From Gammaproteobacteria bacterium (GTDB taxonomy: Bacteria; Pseudomonadota; Gammaproteobacteria; Acidiferrobacterales; SZUA-150), in NCBI GenBank assembly GCA_029880545.1, contig JAOUOD010000003.1, forward strand, positions 79,222 to 143,221: a stretch of DNA of 64,000 nucleotides, read 5' to 3'. The notes below the pieces were generated by a model. The model was not told the DNA's origin, did no database searches, and saw only the letters and a list, made by a program, of their open reading frames with translations. The translations under genes were made by a program, and so were the position numbers. Positions 37,230 through 46,313 of this stretch are shown here, piece after piece. How positions within the stretch are numbered: position 1 is the first letter of the stretch; the number at the start of each line of letters is the position of its first letter.

Positions 37230-38447
37230 TTACTTGGCGGAGTGGCCTTTCAGCTCCACTTTCACCTTGTCTTCTTCCTTGATGCTGCCGTAGTACGCGC
37301 GCAGGATGGTCAGCACTTCCGGGCGTGAGAACTTGTCAGAGACTTCCCCGCCTTCGGACAGGGCATGACGCAGCTTGGTGCCGGATAGCAGGATGCGGTC
37401 TTCTGCGCTGTGTGGGCAGGTCTTCATGGAAGCCATGCCGTCACACTTGTTGCACCAGAAGGTCCAGTCGATCTTGAGCGGCTGGGTTTCCAGGGCATCT
37501 TTCGGAATCTCGTCAAAAATGTGGTGCGCGTCGAACGGGCCATAGTAGTCGCCGACACCGGCGTGGTCACGACCAACGATCTGGTGTGAACAGCCATAGT
37601 TTTGGCGGAACAGGGCATGTATCAGGGCTTCACGTGGACCGGCGTAACGCATGTCCAGCGGGTAGCCGGCCTGGATGACGGTGTTCGGAGCGAAATACTT
37701 GTCGATCAGGGTACCGATGGCGTTGGAACGCACGTCAGCCGGGATATCCCCAGGCTTCAGCTTGCCCAGCAGTGAGTGGATCAGAACGCCGTCCATGGTT
37801 TCGATGGCGATCTTGGCCAGGTATTCGTGTGAGCGGTGCATCGGGTTGCGGGTCTGGAACGCGGCAACGGTTGTCCAGCCACGTTTTTCGAATTCGGCGC
37901 GGGTCTGCATCGGTGTCATGAACTGGTCGCCGTACTGTTCCGGGAAACCGCCCAGGGACAGGACCTTGATCGGGCCGGCCAGGTTCACGTCGCCCTGTTC
38001 CATGACCATTTTTACGCCAGGATGATCCATTTCGGTGGTCTTGTAGACCATCATGCATTCGTGGGCTTTGTCGATGCTGTATTTTTCGGTGATGGTCATG
38101 GTGGCCATGATGGCACCGGTTTCACCGTCGACCAGGGCGATGTCGTCGCCGTCGTTCAGGCCGTTTGCATTGTCGGAATCAGTGGAGAGGGTAATCGGGA
38201 TGGGCCAGAACAGGCCGTTTGCCATTTTGTAGCCGTCGCAGACGCCTTGCCAGTCGGCGTGGGTCATGAAGCCTTCCAGCGGGGTGAAACCGCCGATACC
38301 CATCATGATGACGTCGCCGGTTTCGCGGGAACTCATTTTGACCTGTTTCAGGCCCTTGGCGCGCTCCAGTTCTGCCTTGGCAGCATCACCTTCCAGCAAC
38401 AGTGGCTTGAGTTCGCCGCCACCATGTGGCTTAACCAACTTGGACAT
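37230..38447 (-). CDS. sat: Sulfate adenylyltransferase (ATP sulfurylase), dissimilatory-type homo-oligomeric form
   Basis: 405 aa with the conserved motifs [14 protein letters not shown] and [10 protein letters not shown]. It lies upstream of aprBA. Confidence 0.95.
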   Translation of the reverse strand: MSKLVKPHGGGELKPLLLEGDAAKAELERAKGLKQVKMSSRETGDVIMMGIGGFTPLEGFMTHADWQGVCDGYKMANGLFWPIPITLSTDSDNANGLNDGDDIALVDGETGAIMATMTITEKYSIDKAHECMMVYKTTEMDHPGVKMVMEQGDVNLAGPIKVLSLGGFPEQYGDQFMTPMQTRAEFEKRGWTTVAAFQTRNPMHRSHEYLAKIAIETMDGVLIHSLLGKLKPGDIPADVRSNAIGTLIDKYFAPNTVIQAGYPLDMRYAGPREALIHALFRQNYGCSHQIVGRDHAGVGDYYGPFDAHHIFDEIPKDALETQPLKIDWTFWCNKCDGMASMKTCPHSAEDRILLSGTKLRHALSEGGEVSDKFSRPEVLTILRAYYGSIKEEDKVKVELKGHSAK

Positions 38448-38729
38448 CGTTTTAACCCCTTCCTAATATATTGTTCGAAATGTCTTGAGGCGCGAAACTT
38501 TAAAGCCAAAATAGGGGCAACACTAATTAGTATTACTGCGGTTGCGTATAAGTGTTCTTTATTTTGGAAAACTTGGCCTAATGCGCCAAAATGCGGCTGG
38601 TTGAGCCGGGAACGTTACTTGAAAAACCACTTAAAAAACAGCGAGTTACTAAATTTTTCGAGGTCTTAAGCTCGAAACGCCGAGCATCTTAACGCAGTTT
38701 CCCGGGGCGGGAAAGCACAAAGGAATTTT

Positions 38730-38960
38730 ATGAGTATTTCAGTCAGGTTTTTTGCCAGCGTCCGAGAGCGGGTGGGGCGCAGCGAGGCGAATGTTGAGGT
38801 TCAGGGGGCAATACCTGTCACCGTTCTTTGGGATAAAGTAACCGGCATGACCCGGCCACCCAAGTTGCTGGTTGCCATCAACCAAGAGTACGTGGATTGG
38901 GAGGCAGTGGCCAGTGACGGCGACGAAGTCGGGTTCTTCCCGCCGGTCACCGGCGGTTAA
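38730..38960 (+). CDS. moaD: Molybdopterin synthase sulfur-carrier subunit
   Basis: 76 aa with a ubiquitin-like ThiS/MoaD pattern, ending in FFPPVTGG (C-terminal Gly-Gly). Confidence 0.85.
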   Translation: MSISVRFFASVRERVGRSEANVEVQGAIPVTVLWDKVTGMTRPPKLLVAINQEYVDWEAVASDGDEVGFFPPVTGG

Positions 38961-38996
38961 TCCTGAACAGGAATCACACATCACAATGAACCGGTT

Positions 38997-39470
38997 GTGC
39001 AGCTCATGGCCGATGTTCCGGCAGGAGAAATAATGGAAGTACGGGTGCAAGAGCGGGCCCTGGATCCGTGGCAGGAAGTCCAGGCATACCAGTCCCAACA
39101 TGCAGAATTATTGGGTAAATTTGGTGCGACCACGATCTTTGTCGGCACCATGCGCGACTTTAACCAGGGCAAGGATGTCACCGAAATGCGCCTTGAGCAT
39201 TACCCCGGCATGACCGAATCGCACCTGCAGAAAGTGACCAGTGAAGCCCTGGAAAAATGGGACGTGCTGGACGTGCTGGTGATTCACCGGGTCGGCTTGA
39301 TGCGGCAGGGCGACCCCATCGTCCTGGTCGCGGCCTGGTCCGCCCACCGCGCCGATGCCTTCGCCGCCTGTCGTTATGTCATCGATGAGCTGAAAACCCG
39401 TGCACCGTTCTGGAAGCAGGAGTCCATTCCCGGGGGTGAAACCCGGTGGGTGGAGCCCGAGCAAGAGTAG
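38997..39470 (+). CDS. moaE: Molybdopterin synthase catalytic subunit
   Basis: MoaE pattern: VRVQERALDPWQEV...GATTIFVGTMRDFNQGKDV..LEHYPGMTE...IHRVG.L..GD.IVLVA..SAHR..AF.AC....D.LK...PFWK. The start is uncertain among 38997, 39006 and 39033. Confidence 0.85.
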   Translation: MQLMADVPAGEIMEVRVQERALDPWQEVQAYQSQHAELLGKFGATTIFVGTMRDFNQGKDVTEMRLEHYPGMTESHLQKVTSEALEKWDVLDVLVIHRVGLMRQGDPIVLVAAWSAHRADAFAACRYVIDELKTRAPFWKQESIPGGETRWVEPEQE

Positions 39471-39492
39471 CGCGGGCATTAACCGGGGATGA

Positions 39493-40152
39493 TCATTGCT
39501 GCGGTGCAGATGGCGCCGGGTCGGCGGATTTTTCCGGTGCAGTGAGCTTCTCGGCTGCGGCCTGGCTGGCCTTGATCTCCCTGTACCGAACCAGTTCCTT
39601 GTTGTAGTGGGCCTCAATGTCTTTTTGTTCGACGCGCTTGGCGTCGATGGCGCCCTTGACGCGGTTGATCTGGCTTCGGGTGTGCTCCAGGCTGTCTTCT
39701 TCAACCTTTTGTTTTTGTTGCCGTTCCAGGGTCTTTTCCAGTGTCGTCAAGGTTTCCTTGTTGGCGGTGATGGAGTGTTCGACCTGGGCGATTTTCCGAT
39801 CTCGAACGTAGATGATGTCTTTTTCATGACCATAGATTGAGAGCAGCAGGGCGTCTTGCCGGGCCTGTTCGGCCTCGGCTTTTTTGCGTTCTTCATCACG
39901 CTTTTGCTGTTCTTCAAGTACTTTCAGTTCCTCGACTGTTGGTGGTGCAGCGACTTCCCCGGTCTTGGTGCCATCGGTATTCATTTCAATGATCTTGGAC
40001 TTGGCACAGGCTGCGGCCGCCCGGTCGCCGTAGTGCCACATCCCGTCCTCATCCTGGCATTTCTTGATCTTGGTGGCGCCCGCTTGACCTGCGAGAAGAA
40101 GCGATCCAAGCAATAACGTCAGCGTTAGGTTTTTCATGAGTGTTTTGTCCAT
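39493..40152 (-). CDS. DUF4124-domain periplasmic protein with a long coiled coil
   Basis: 219 aa. A signal peptide is followed by the DUF4124-like motif KCQDEDGMWHYGD, then a Glu/Lys/Gln-rich helical region. Confidence 0.6.
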   Translation of the reverse strand: MDKTLMKNLTLTLLLGSLLLAGQAGATKIKKCQDEDGMWHYGDRAAAACAKSKIIEMNTDGTKTGEVAAPPTVEELKVLEEQQKRDEERKKAEAEQARQDALLLSIYGHEKDIIYVRDRKIAQVEHSITANKETLTTLEKTLERQQKQKVEEDSLEHTRSQINRVKGAIDAKRVEQKDIEAHYNKELVRYREIKASQAAAEKLTAPEKSADPAPSAPQQ

Positions 40153-40219
40153 AAGGCGTAATTATTTTCCAAAATAGTTAACCAGCAGGGATAATGTCAA
40201 CATATTAGCATCGGATTGG

Positions 40220-40981
40220 GTGATTTTGAGCGATATTTTTCAGTATTTGGCGCTGTTCGTTGTCTCGCTGGTGGCCAACGCGTTTTCCGCCTTTGCCGGT
40301 GGCGGTGCCGGCCTGTTGCAGTTTCCGGTGTTGATTTTCCTCGGCCTGAATTTTGGTGTGGCCTTGGCCACGCACAAGATTGCCAGCGTTGCGCTTGGTC
40401 TGGGCGCGACCATTCGTCACTGGCGTGAAGGCAGCCTGGAGCGGAACATGGCCGTGTTCATCCTGGCCTGCGGTCTCCCCGGCGTGGTCCTGGGCGCGAC
40501 CTACATTCTTGATGTGCCGGACCAATGGGCGCGATTGAGCCTCGGCGTGCTGACTATCGGGCTTGGTGTTTACTCCTACATAAACAGTGAGTTGGGTCTA
40601 GAGCATCGGCCCAGCAATCGCAACCAGCGCGGCTACATGGTTGGCGGTCTTGGCCTGTTCCTGATCGGCGTATTGAATGGATCGCTGACATCGGGCACCG
40701 GGCTGTTTTGCACGTTGTGGCTGGTACGCTGGTTTGGTCTCGATTATCGTCGCGCCGTCGCTTACACGTTGGTATTGGTCGGTATTTTCTGGAATGGAAC
40801 CGGCGCCATCACCCTGACCTTGCTCGGCGAAGTAAAGTGGGACTGGCTGCCCGCATTGTTGCTGGGTTCGGTAATTGGTGGCTACCTCGGAGCACACTGG
40901 TCTATCGCCAAGGGTAACCGCTGGATTAAGCGTGTTTTCGAAGTGGTAACCGTCCTGGTGGGTTTGAAACTGGTATTTTAG
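40220..40981 (+). CDS. TauE/SafE-family (DUF81) anion exporter, putative sulfite/organosulfonate exporter
   Basis: 253 aa with about 8 TM helices and the two-fold internal repeat typical of TauE/SafE (GGGAGLLQFPVLIFLG ... GLFLIGVLNGSLTSGTGLF). Confidence 0.75.
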   Translation: MILSDIFQYLALFVVSLVANAFSAFAGGGAGLLQFPVLIFLGLNFGVALATHKIASVALGLGATIRHWREGSLERNMAVFILACGLPGVVLGATYILDVPDQWARLSLGVLTIGLGVYSYINSELGLEHRPSNRNQRGYMVGGLGLFLIGVLNGSLTSGTGLFCTLWLVRWFGLDYRRAVAYTLVLVGIFWNGTGAITLTLLGEVKWDWLPALLLGSVIGGYLGAHWSIAKGNRWIKRVFEVVTVLVGLKLVF

Positions 40982-41115
40982 TATGCAAATTGTGAACGCT
41001 ATCATGCAAAACTTTGGCTAAAGGCGTATTATTGTCGCTTATGAACCCGAGTAATACGGGTAAAAAGGGAAATGGGGAACCGGAAAGCAAGGCAACCGGA
41101 AACAGGAGGTGCAAG

Positions 41116-41493
41116 ATGCATCGCAGAACACTGGATTCAATACAAACCGTACCCGTCACGATCCAGCGTGATCGAATAGTCAAGGGCGATATTCGCGGCG
41201 AATGCAGCTACGTGATCCACGGTCGTGTTGTCGGTGATTCAGACCTGGATGGCGCAATTATGATTGCCGAGTCCGCGTTTTGGCTGGGCAACATCAATGC
41301 CGAAATGGTTGTTGTCAAAGGCAGGGTCAAAGGCAATATAGTTGCCAATAGCAAGATTGAGTTACGCCCTGGTTCGCAAGTAATGGGAAGCTTGTCGGCA
41401 CCGTTTATTACTATCGCCGAGGGCGCCAACCTGGTGGGCGATATTGACGAAGTCAGTATGGTCACGCATTACACTGAAAGCCGTACCCATTAG
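41116..41493 (+). CDS. Bactofilin (DUF583) polymer-forming cytoskeletal protein
   Basis: Start trimmed to the ATG at 41116 (AGGAGG 6 nt upstream). The beta-helix repeats are typical of bactofilins: IVKGDIRGECSYVIHGRVVGD...GNINAEMVVVKGRVKGNIVANSKIELRPGSQVMGSLSAPFITIAEGANLVGDI. Confidence 0.75.
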   Translation: MHRRTLDSIQTVPVTIQRDRIVKGDIRGECSYVIHGRVVGDSDLDGAIMIAESAFWLGNINAEMVVVKGRVKGNIVANSKIELRPGSQVMGSLSAPFITIAEGANLVGDIDEVSMVTHYTESRTH

Positions 41494-41570
41494 CTGATCA
41501 AGTAGATTGTGGTGGTTCTGGCCGAAAACGCGCGCCGCCATAGCAATTTGCGGCAGGGCAAAAAAGATAA

Positions 41571-42212
41571 CTAGCCGCCATACTCCTGGCGGTATTCACG
41601 AATGGCGGCGAGGTGTTCTTCTTGCCCGCCTTTTTGTTCCAGGTAGGTTTCCAGTGTCTTGAGGCTGACAATGTTGGCCACCTGGATATTGAACTTCTCT
41701 TCGACTTCCTTGACGGCTGCCAGCTTGCCGGCGCCGCGCTCCTGCCGATCCAGGGCAATGACCACGCCGGCCACCCTGGCGTCCATACCGCGAATGACAT
41801 TGACCGCCTCGCCAATGGACAGGCCGGCAGAAATCACATCATCGATGATCATGACGCGACCTTCGAGTGGCGCACCAACAATAATGCCGCCCTCGGCATG
41901 CTGCTTGGCTTCCTTGCGATTGAAAGCAAACGGCACATCGCGATCGTGGTTGTTGGCCAGGGCAATGGCCGTGGCCGCCGCCAGCGGAATACCCTTGTAG
42001 GCTGGGCCATAGAGCATGTCGAACTCAATGCCGGAATCCAGTATGGCAGCCGCGTAGTACTCGCCAATGCGTGCCAGCATGGCGCCGGTATTGAACAGGC
42101 CTGCATTAAAAAAATACGGGCTAAGGCGACCGGATTTCAGCGTGAATTGGCCGAAGCGGATGACGTCGTGGCCAATGGCGAAGTCGAGAAATTCTTTTTC
42201 GTAGTCTTGCAT
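41571..42212 (-). CDS. pyrE: Orotate phosphoribosyltransferase
   Basis: 213 aa: FGQFTLKSGRLSPYFFNAGLF, the PRPP-binding motif VMIIDDVISAGLS, and overall PyrE-like length. Confidence 0.95.
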   Translation of the reverse strand: MQDYEKEFLDFAIGHDVIRFGQFTLKSGRLSPYFFNAGLFNTGAMLARIGEYYAAAILDSGIEFDMLYGPAYKGIPLAAATAIALANNHDRDVPFAFNRKEAKQHAEGGIIVGAPLEGRVMIIDDVISAGLSIGEAVNVIRGMDARVAGVVIALDRQERGAGKLAAVKEVEEKFNIQVANIVSLKTLETYLEQKGGQEEHLAAIREYRQEYGG

Positions 42213-42380
42213 GGGAGTGGAGCATACCGGAAATGGCTAACGGGAGACCAGTATGATTTACCGATACAGGTTTCAGGGTTGACGCCGGGATGCCGGGTTA
42301 TTGGGTCTGCCGGGATGAATTCCGGCAAAGAAAAAGGCGGGCCACGGCCCGCCTTGCTGAAGATCTGTATATAAAGAGAA

Positions 42381-45300
42381 TCAGTTTGTCAGGTTGATAT
42401 ATATCCGATTGGGCTGGGCGCCGCTGTTTCCTTCCAGCAAGTCGAGATCGCCATCGCCATCCAGGTCACCGAGCCCGGTGGCATATGTGGCGCTTACTCC
42501 CAGTGCCTGGCCGCTGTCGGTAAAGTTACCGCTGCCGTCATTAAGGTATACCCGGTTTGCGGAAAATCGGTTGCCAGCCACTATGTCCAAATCGCCATCA
42601 CCGTCTACATCTCCGAGTGATACGGTCAAGGTGGAGTTTGCGCCCAGGGCCTGGCCGCTGTCGGTAAAGGTGCCGGTACCGTCATTAAGGTATATCCTGT
42701 TTGCTTCACCTGAGGAGTTTCCGGCAACCAGGTCCAGGTCGCCATCACTGTCCAAATCACCAAGCTCGACCGAATAGGTGGTGCTCGCTCCCAGGGCCTG
42801 GCCGCTGTCGGTAAAGGTGCCGGTACCGTCATTAAGGTATACCCGGTTGGCTTGACCGAGGTTGCCTGTCACGAGATCGAGATCGAGATCCCCGTCAACG
42901 TCGCCAAGAGTAACGGATGCCGTGGCGTTTGTTCCCAATGTCTGGCCGCTGTCAGTGAAGTTGCCCTGACCGTCATTAATCCAGACGAGGTTGGCTTGGC
43001 CATCGTTGCCTGTCACCAGGTCTGGATCGCCGTCGCCATCAACATCCCCAAGAGCGATGTCAAAGGTCTTGCTTGTTCCCAGTGACTGGCCGTTGTCAAA
43101 GAACCCTCCGCTGCCATCGCCCAGCAATACACGGTTGCCTTGGAGCCAGTTGCCTTCCACCAGGTCCAGGGTGCCATTGAAGTCGAGATCGGCAAGCGCA
43201 ATCGCATGTGTCTGGTTGCTACCCAAAGATGCGCCAAGACTGAAGTTGCCCAGGCCATCGTTGAGATAGACACCGTTGGCCTGATTCCAGTTTCCGGTTA
43301 CGAAGTCAAGATCGCCGTCGCCATCGACATCGCCGAGGCTGACAGAGTAGGTCTCGCTTGTCCCCATTGCCTGGCTGCCGTCGGTGAAGAAGCCGTTGCC
43401 GTTATTGATGAATACCTGGTTTGCCTGGTTGTAGTCAGCTGATACCACGTCGAGATCTCCATCACCGTCTATATCGACCACTATAGCCGAGAAGGTATCA
43501 TTTGCCCCGAGTGCCTGACCGCTGTCGGTGAAGTTTCCTGCTCCATCATTGAAATAAATGCGGTTAGCTTGACCCCAATTGCCTTCGGTCAAATCAAGAT
43601 CACCGTCTGCATCCAGGTCAGCGAGAACAACCGACCTGGAGTTGTTGCTGCCCAGCGATTGACCGCTATCGGTGAATGTGCCGGTTCCGTCATTGATGTA
43701 GAGACGATTGGTCAGTGTGGAGTTCCCTGTGACCAGGTCAAGGTCACCGTCTGAATCTACGTCGCCAAGACTGACGGCGGTGGTATTGTTGGTTCCCAGG
43801 GATTGACCACTGTCGGTAAAGGTGCCAGTTCCGTCATTAATGTAAACGCGGTTGCCCTGGTTATTGAAGTTCGCTGATACGAGGTCGAGATCCCCGTCTC
43901 CATCAATATCCCCGACCACTATCGCGTAGGTGTTATTTGATCCCAGTGCCTGTCCACTGTCAGTAAAAGTGCCGGTGCCGTCGTTGAAATACACCCGGTT
44001 AGCTTGACCATTATTTGCTGTTAGCAAGTCCAGGTCGCCATCACTATCAACATCGGCCAGAATAACATCCTGGGTGCCGTGAATTACACCCAGTGCCTGT
44101 CCACTGTCAGTAAAAGTGCCGGTGCCGTCGTTGAAATACACCCGATTTGGCAAGCCGTTGATGGCCACAGCCATATCCAGATCCCCATCGCCGTCCACAT
44201 CACCCAATTCAATATCCAGGGTATTGTCGGCACTTAATGACTGCCCGCTGTCTATGTAGCTGCCTCTGCCATCATTAAGAAGAACCGCGTCAGCCTGTCC
44301 AAGCCTGCTTTCTATCAGGTCAGGATTTCCATCACCGTCGACATCACCAAATGTCAGAGAAGTCGAGGCGTATGTACCCGCCATCGGGTTATGAAATATG
44401 CCCGCTAAATGATCCCGGGTGATGACACAGACAACCGTGACATTGGTAATATTGCTGTTGCTGATGGTGCCGGTGCCATTGGCGATGGCGCAGGACTGCT
44501 TGGGCCAGGCCGGTTGCGTCAGCACGGAAACATCAAACGTGCTGCCATCGGCTATATCGGTAGCAAAGGTAAATGCGCCATTGGCGGATACGGTCAGGTC
44601 ATCACCAGCGTTATTCTGCAAGATCACGCGGTTACCCGGTTCCAGGCCAGTGATAGCACCACCAAGCGTGAAATTATTGACACAAGCCACTGCGACATTT
44701 GTCACATTGGATCCGCTTACCGTGCCGCTGCCGTTGGTCACCGTACAAGTCTGATTCGGTGCGGTTGGTTGAGTCAGTACTGTAACATTGTAGCTGCCAC
44801 CGTCAGTGACGGCAGTTGGCAGGGTAAAGTTGCCATTAGCCGCGACGGTTAAATCGTCTCCGCCATTGTTTTGCAACACCACGTTGTTGCCCGTAGCCAG
44901 TCCCGATACGGTACCACCAATCATGTAAGTAGTGGTGATACAGGTAATTGTGATATCGGTAACATCGGCACCACTGATCGTGCCGGTGCCATTGGTAACT
45001 GCGCAGGCCTGGTTCGGTGTAGTCGGTTGAGTCAGTACCGTTACATCATAAGCGCTGCCATCAGGAACTGCAGCCGCGAACTGGAAAGCGCCGTTGGCAG
45101 ACACAGTGACAGCAACAACGCCGTTATTTTCCAGTACAACAGTATTGCCTGTTGCCAACCCGCTTACCGTGCCGCCGATAGTGTAGGTAGTGGTCACGCA
45201 ACTGACTGTAACGGTGATATCAAAGTTAATGATGGTGCCGCTGCCATTGCTGACCGTGCATACCTGGTTCGGGGTGGTCGGTTGTGTAAGTACCGTCACG

Positions 45301-46313
45301 GCATAGGTGTCGCCAGAGACGAGAGCTGTGGCGAAGGCGTGCGTGCCATCAGTATTCACCGTCAGGTTGTCGCCACTGTTGTTCTGTAGCACCACGCTGT
45401 TCCCGGCAGCCAGGCCGCTGACGATGCTGCTCACGGTGTAAGTGTTGGTCACACAGTTCACGGCAATGCTGGTGATATCGGCACCACTGATCGTGCCGGT
45501 GCCATTGGCCACTGTACAGGTCTGCCCAAAGGGCTGGACCAGTATGGTAACGTCATAACTTGTTCCATCGGCAACTGGCGTGCCGAACTGGAAGGCGCCA
45601 TCGGCAAACACCGTCCAGCTGTCTCCACCGTTGTTTTGTAATACTACGGTATTGCCTGTTGCCAACCCGCTTACCGTGCCGCCGATAGTGTAGGTAGTGG
45701 TCACGCAACTGACTGTAACGGTGATATCAAAGTTAATGATGGTGCCGCTGCCATTGCTGACCGTGCATACCTGGTTCGGGGTGGTCGGTTGTGTAAGTAC
45801 CGTCACGGCATAGGTGTCGCCAGAGACGAGAGCTGTGGCGAAGGCGTGCGTGCCATCAGTATTCACCGTCAGGTTGTCGCCACTGTTGTTCTGTAGCACC
45901 ACGCTGTTCCCGGCAGCCAGGCCGCTGACGATGCTGCTCACGGTGTAAGTGTTGGTCACACAGTTCACGGCAATGCTGGTGATATCGGCACCACTGATCG
46001 TGCCGGTGCCATTGGCCACTGTACAGGTCTGCCCAAAGGGCTGGACCAGTATGGTAACGTCATAACTTGTTCCATCGGCAACTGGCGTGCCGAACTGGAA
46101 GGCGCCATCGGCAAACACCGTCCAGCTGTCTCCACCGTTGTTTTGTAATACTACGGTATTGCCTGTTGCCAACCCGCTTACCGTGCCGCCGATAGTGTAG
46201 GTAGCCGGTAGTACCGGCGCGCCACCACCGCCACCACCGCCACCACAGCCGGCAAGCCAGGCAACAAGTGAAATGAAGAGTGTGGTTTTCAGAACGGCGG
46301 CAACGATGCGCAC
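42381..46313 (-). CDS. Giant surface lipoprotein: 7 Ig-like/beta-sandwich repeats plus 14 FG-GAP/VCBS (integrin-alpha-type) repeats
   Basis: 1310 aa. The lipobox LVAWLAGC is followed by a run of 8 Gly. Seven repeats of about 85 aa start T(Y/F)T(I/V/L)GG(T/A)(V/I)(S/T)GL. Then come 14 units of about 48 aa of the form RVY(F/L/I)NDGTGTFTDSGQALG....LGDVDGDGDLDLV, each with a Ca-binding-type DxDxDGxxD loop. Confidence 0.85.
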   Translation of the reverse strand: MRIVAAVLKTTLFISLVAWLAGCGGGGGGGGAPVLPATYTIGGTVSGLATGNTVVLQNNGGDSWTVFADGAFQFGTPVADGTSYDVTILVQPFGQTCTVANGTGTISGADITSIAVNCVTNTYTVSSIVSGLAAGNSVVLQNNSGDNLTVNTDGTHAFATALVSGDTYAVTVLTQPTTPNQVCTVSNGSGTIINFDITVTVSCVTTTYTIGGTVSGLATGNTVVLQNNGGDSWTVFADGAFQFGTPVADGTSYDVTILVQPFGQTCTVANGTGTISGADITSIAVNCVTNTYTVSSIVSGLAAGNSVVLQNNSGDNLTVNTDGTHAFATALVSGDTYAVTVLTQPTTPNQVCTVSNGSGTIINFDITVTVSCVTTTYTIGGTVSGLATGNTVVLENNGVVAVTVSANGAFQFAAAVPDGSAYDVTVLTQPTTPNQACAVTNGTGTISGADVTDITITCITTTYMIGGTVSGLATGNNVVLQNNGGDDLTVAANGNFTLPTAVTDGGSYNVTVLTQPTAPNQTCTVTNGSGTVSGSNVTNVAVACVNNFTLGGAITGLEPGNRVILQNNAGDDLTVSANGAFTFATDIADGSTFDVSVLTQPAWPKQSCAIANGTGTISNSNITNVTVVCVITRDHLAGIFHNPMAGTYASTSLTFGDVDGDGNPDLIESRLGQADAVLLNDGRGSYIDSGQSLSADNTLDIELGDVDGDGDLDMAVAINGLPNRVYFNDGTGTFTDSGQALGVIHGTQDVILADVDSDGDLDLLTANNGQANRVYFNDGTGTFTDSGQALGSNNTYAIVVGDIDGDGDLDLVSANFNNQGNRVYINDGTGTFTDSGQSLGTNNTTAVSLGDVDSDGDLDLVTGNSTLTNRLYINDGTGTFTDSGQSLGSNNSRSVVLADLDADGDLDLTEGNWGQANRIYFNDGAGNFTDSGQALGANDTFSAIVVDIDGDGDLDVVSADYNQANQVFINNGNGFFTDGSQAMGTSETYSVSLGDVDGDGDLDFVTGNWNQANGVYLNDGLGNFSLGASLGSNQTHAIALADLDFNGTLDLVEGNWLQGNRVLLGDGSGGFFDNGQSLGTSKTFDIALGDVDGDGDPDLVTGNDGQANLVWINDGQGNFTDSGQTLGTNATASVTLGDVDGDLDLDLVTGNLGQANRVYLNDGTGTFTDSGQALGASTTYSVELGDLDSDGDLDLVAGNSSGEANRIYLNDGTGTFTDSGQALGANSTLTVSLGDVDGDGDLDIVAGNRFSANRVYLNDGSGNFTDSGQALGVSATYATGLGDLDGDGDLDLLEGNSGAQPNRIYINLTN
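45142..46204. repeat. Perfect in-frame tandem duplication: 2.1 copies of a 507-bp unit (169 aa, two Ig-like repeats)
   Basis: Comparing lines at an offset of 507 nt (45142-45697 against 45649-46204) showed no mismatch in any segment checked. Protein residues 38-206 and 207-375 are identical. Confidence 0.9.

Noticed and set aside
37836-38669. 277-aa plus-strand ORF opposite sat
   Set aside because: It is antisense to the well-supported ATP sulfurylase gene, has no recognisable domain and a shadow-ORF composition. The same reasoning applies to these ORFs: 13705-14754 (opposite ccoG), 9935-10765 (ccoN), 11872-12642 (ccoP), 27466-28248 (thioredoxin-fold gene), 41613-42374 (pyrE), 48112-48849 (ampG), 6649-7314 (ccoI), 18141-18785 (nirB), 22958-23626 (UshA-like), 39108-39704 (moaE/DUF4124), 50311-50862 (cupredoxin 1) and 52668-53282 (metX).
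38560-38729. Possible Moco riboswitch in the moaD leader
   Set aside because: The leader has small hairpins (TTTCGAG...CTCGAAA; TTTCCC-ggggc-GGGAAA) and an AAAGGA near the start codon. I could not find the conserved Moco-motif core elements as I remember them. An Infernal scan with RF01055 would settle it.
42381-46313. Strong sequence periodicity that could be mistaken for a CRISPR or other non-coding repeat array
   Set aside because: The repeats are in-frame and of protein-domain length (about 255 nt and about 144 nt). They are imperfect at the third codon position except for the 507-bp duplication, and they lie inside one uninterrupted 3.9-kb ORF. There is no short repeat/unique spacer alternation anywhere in the window.
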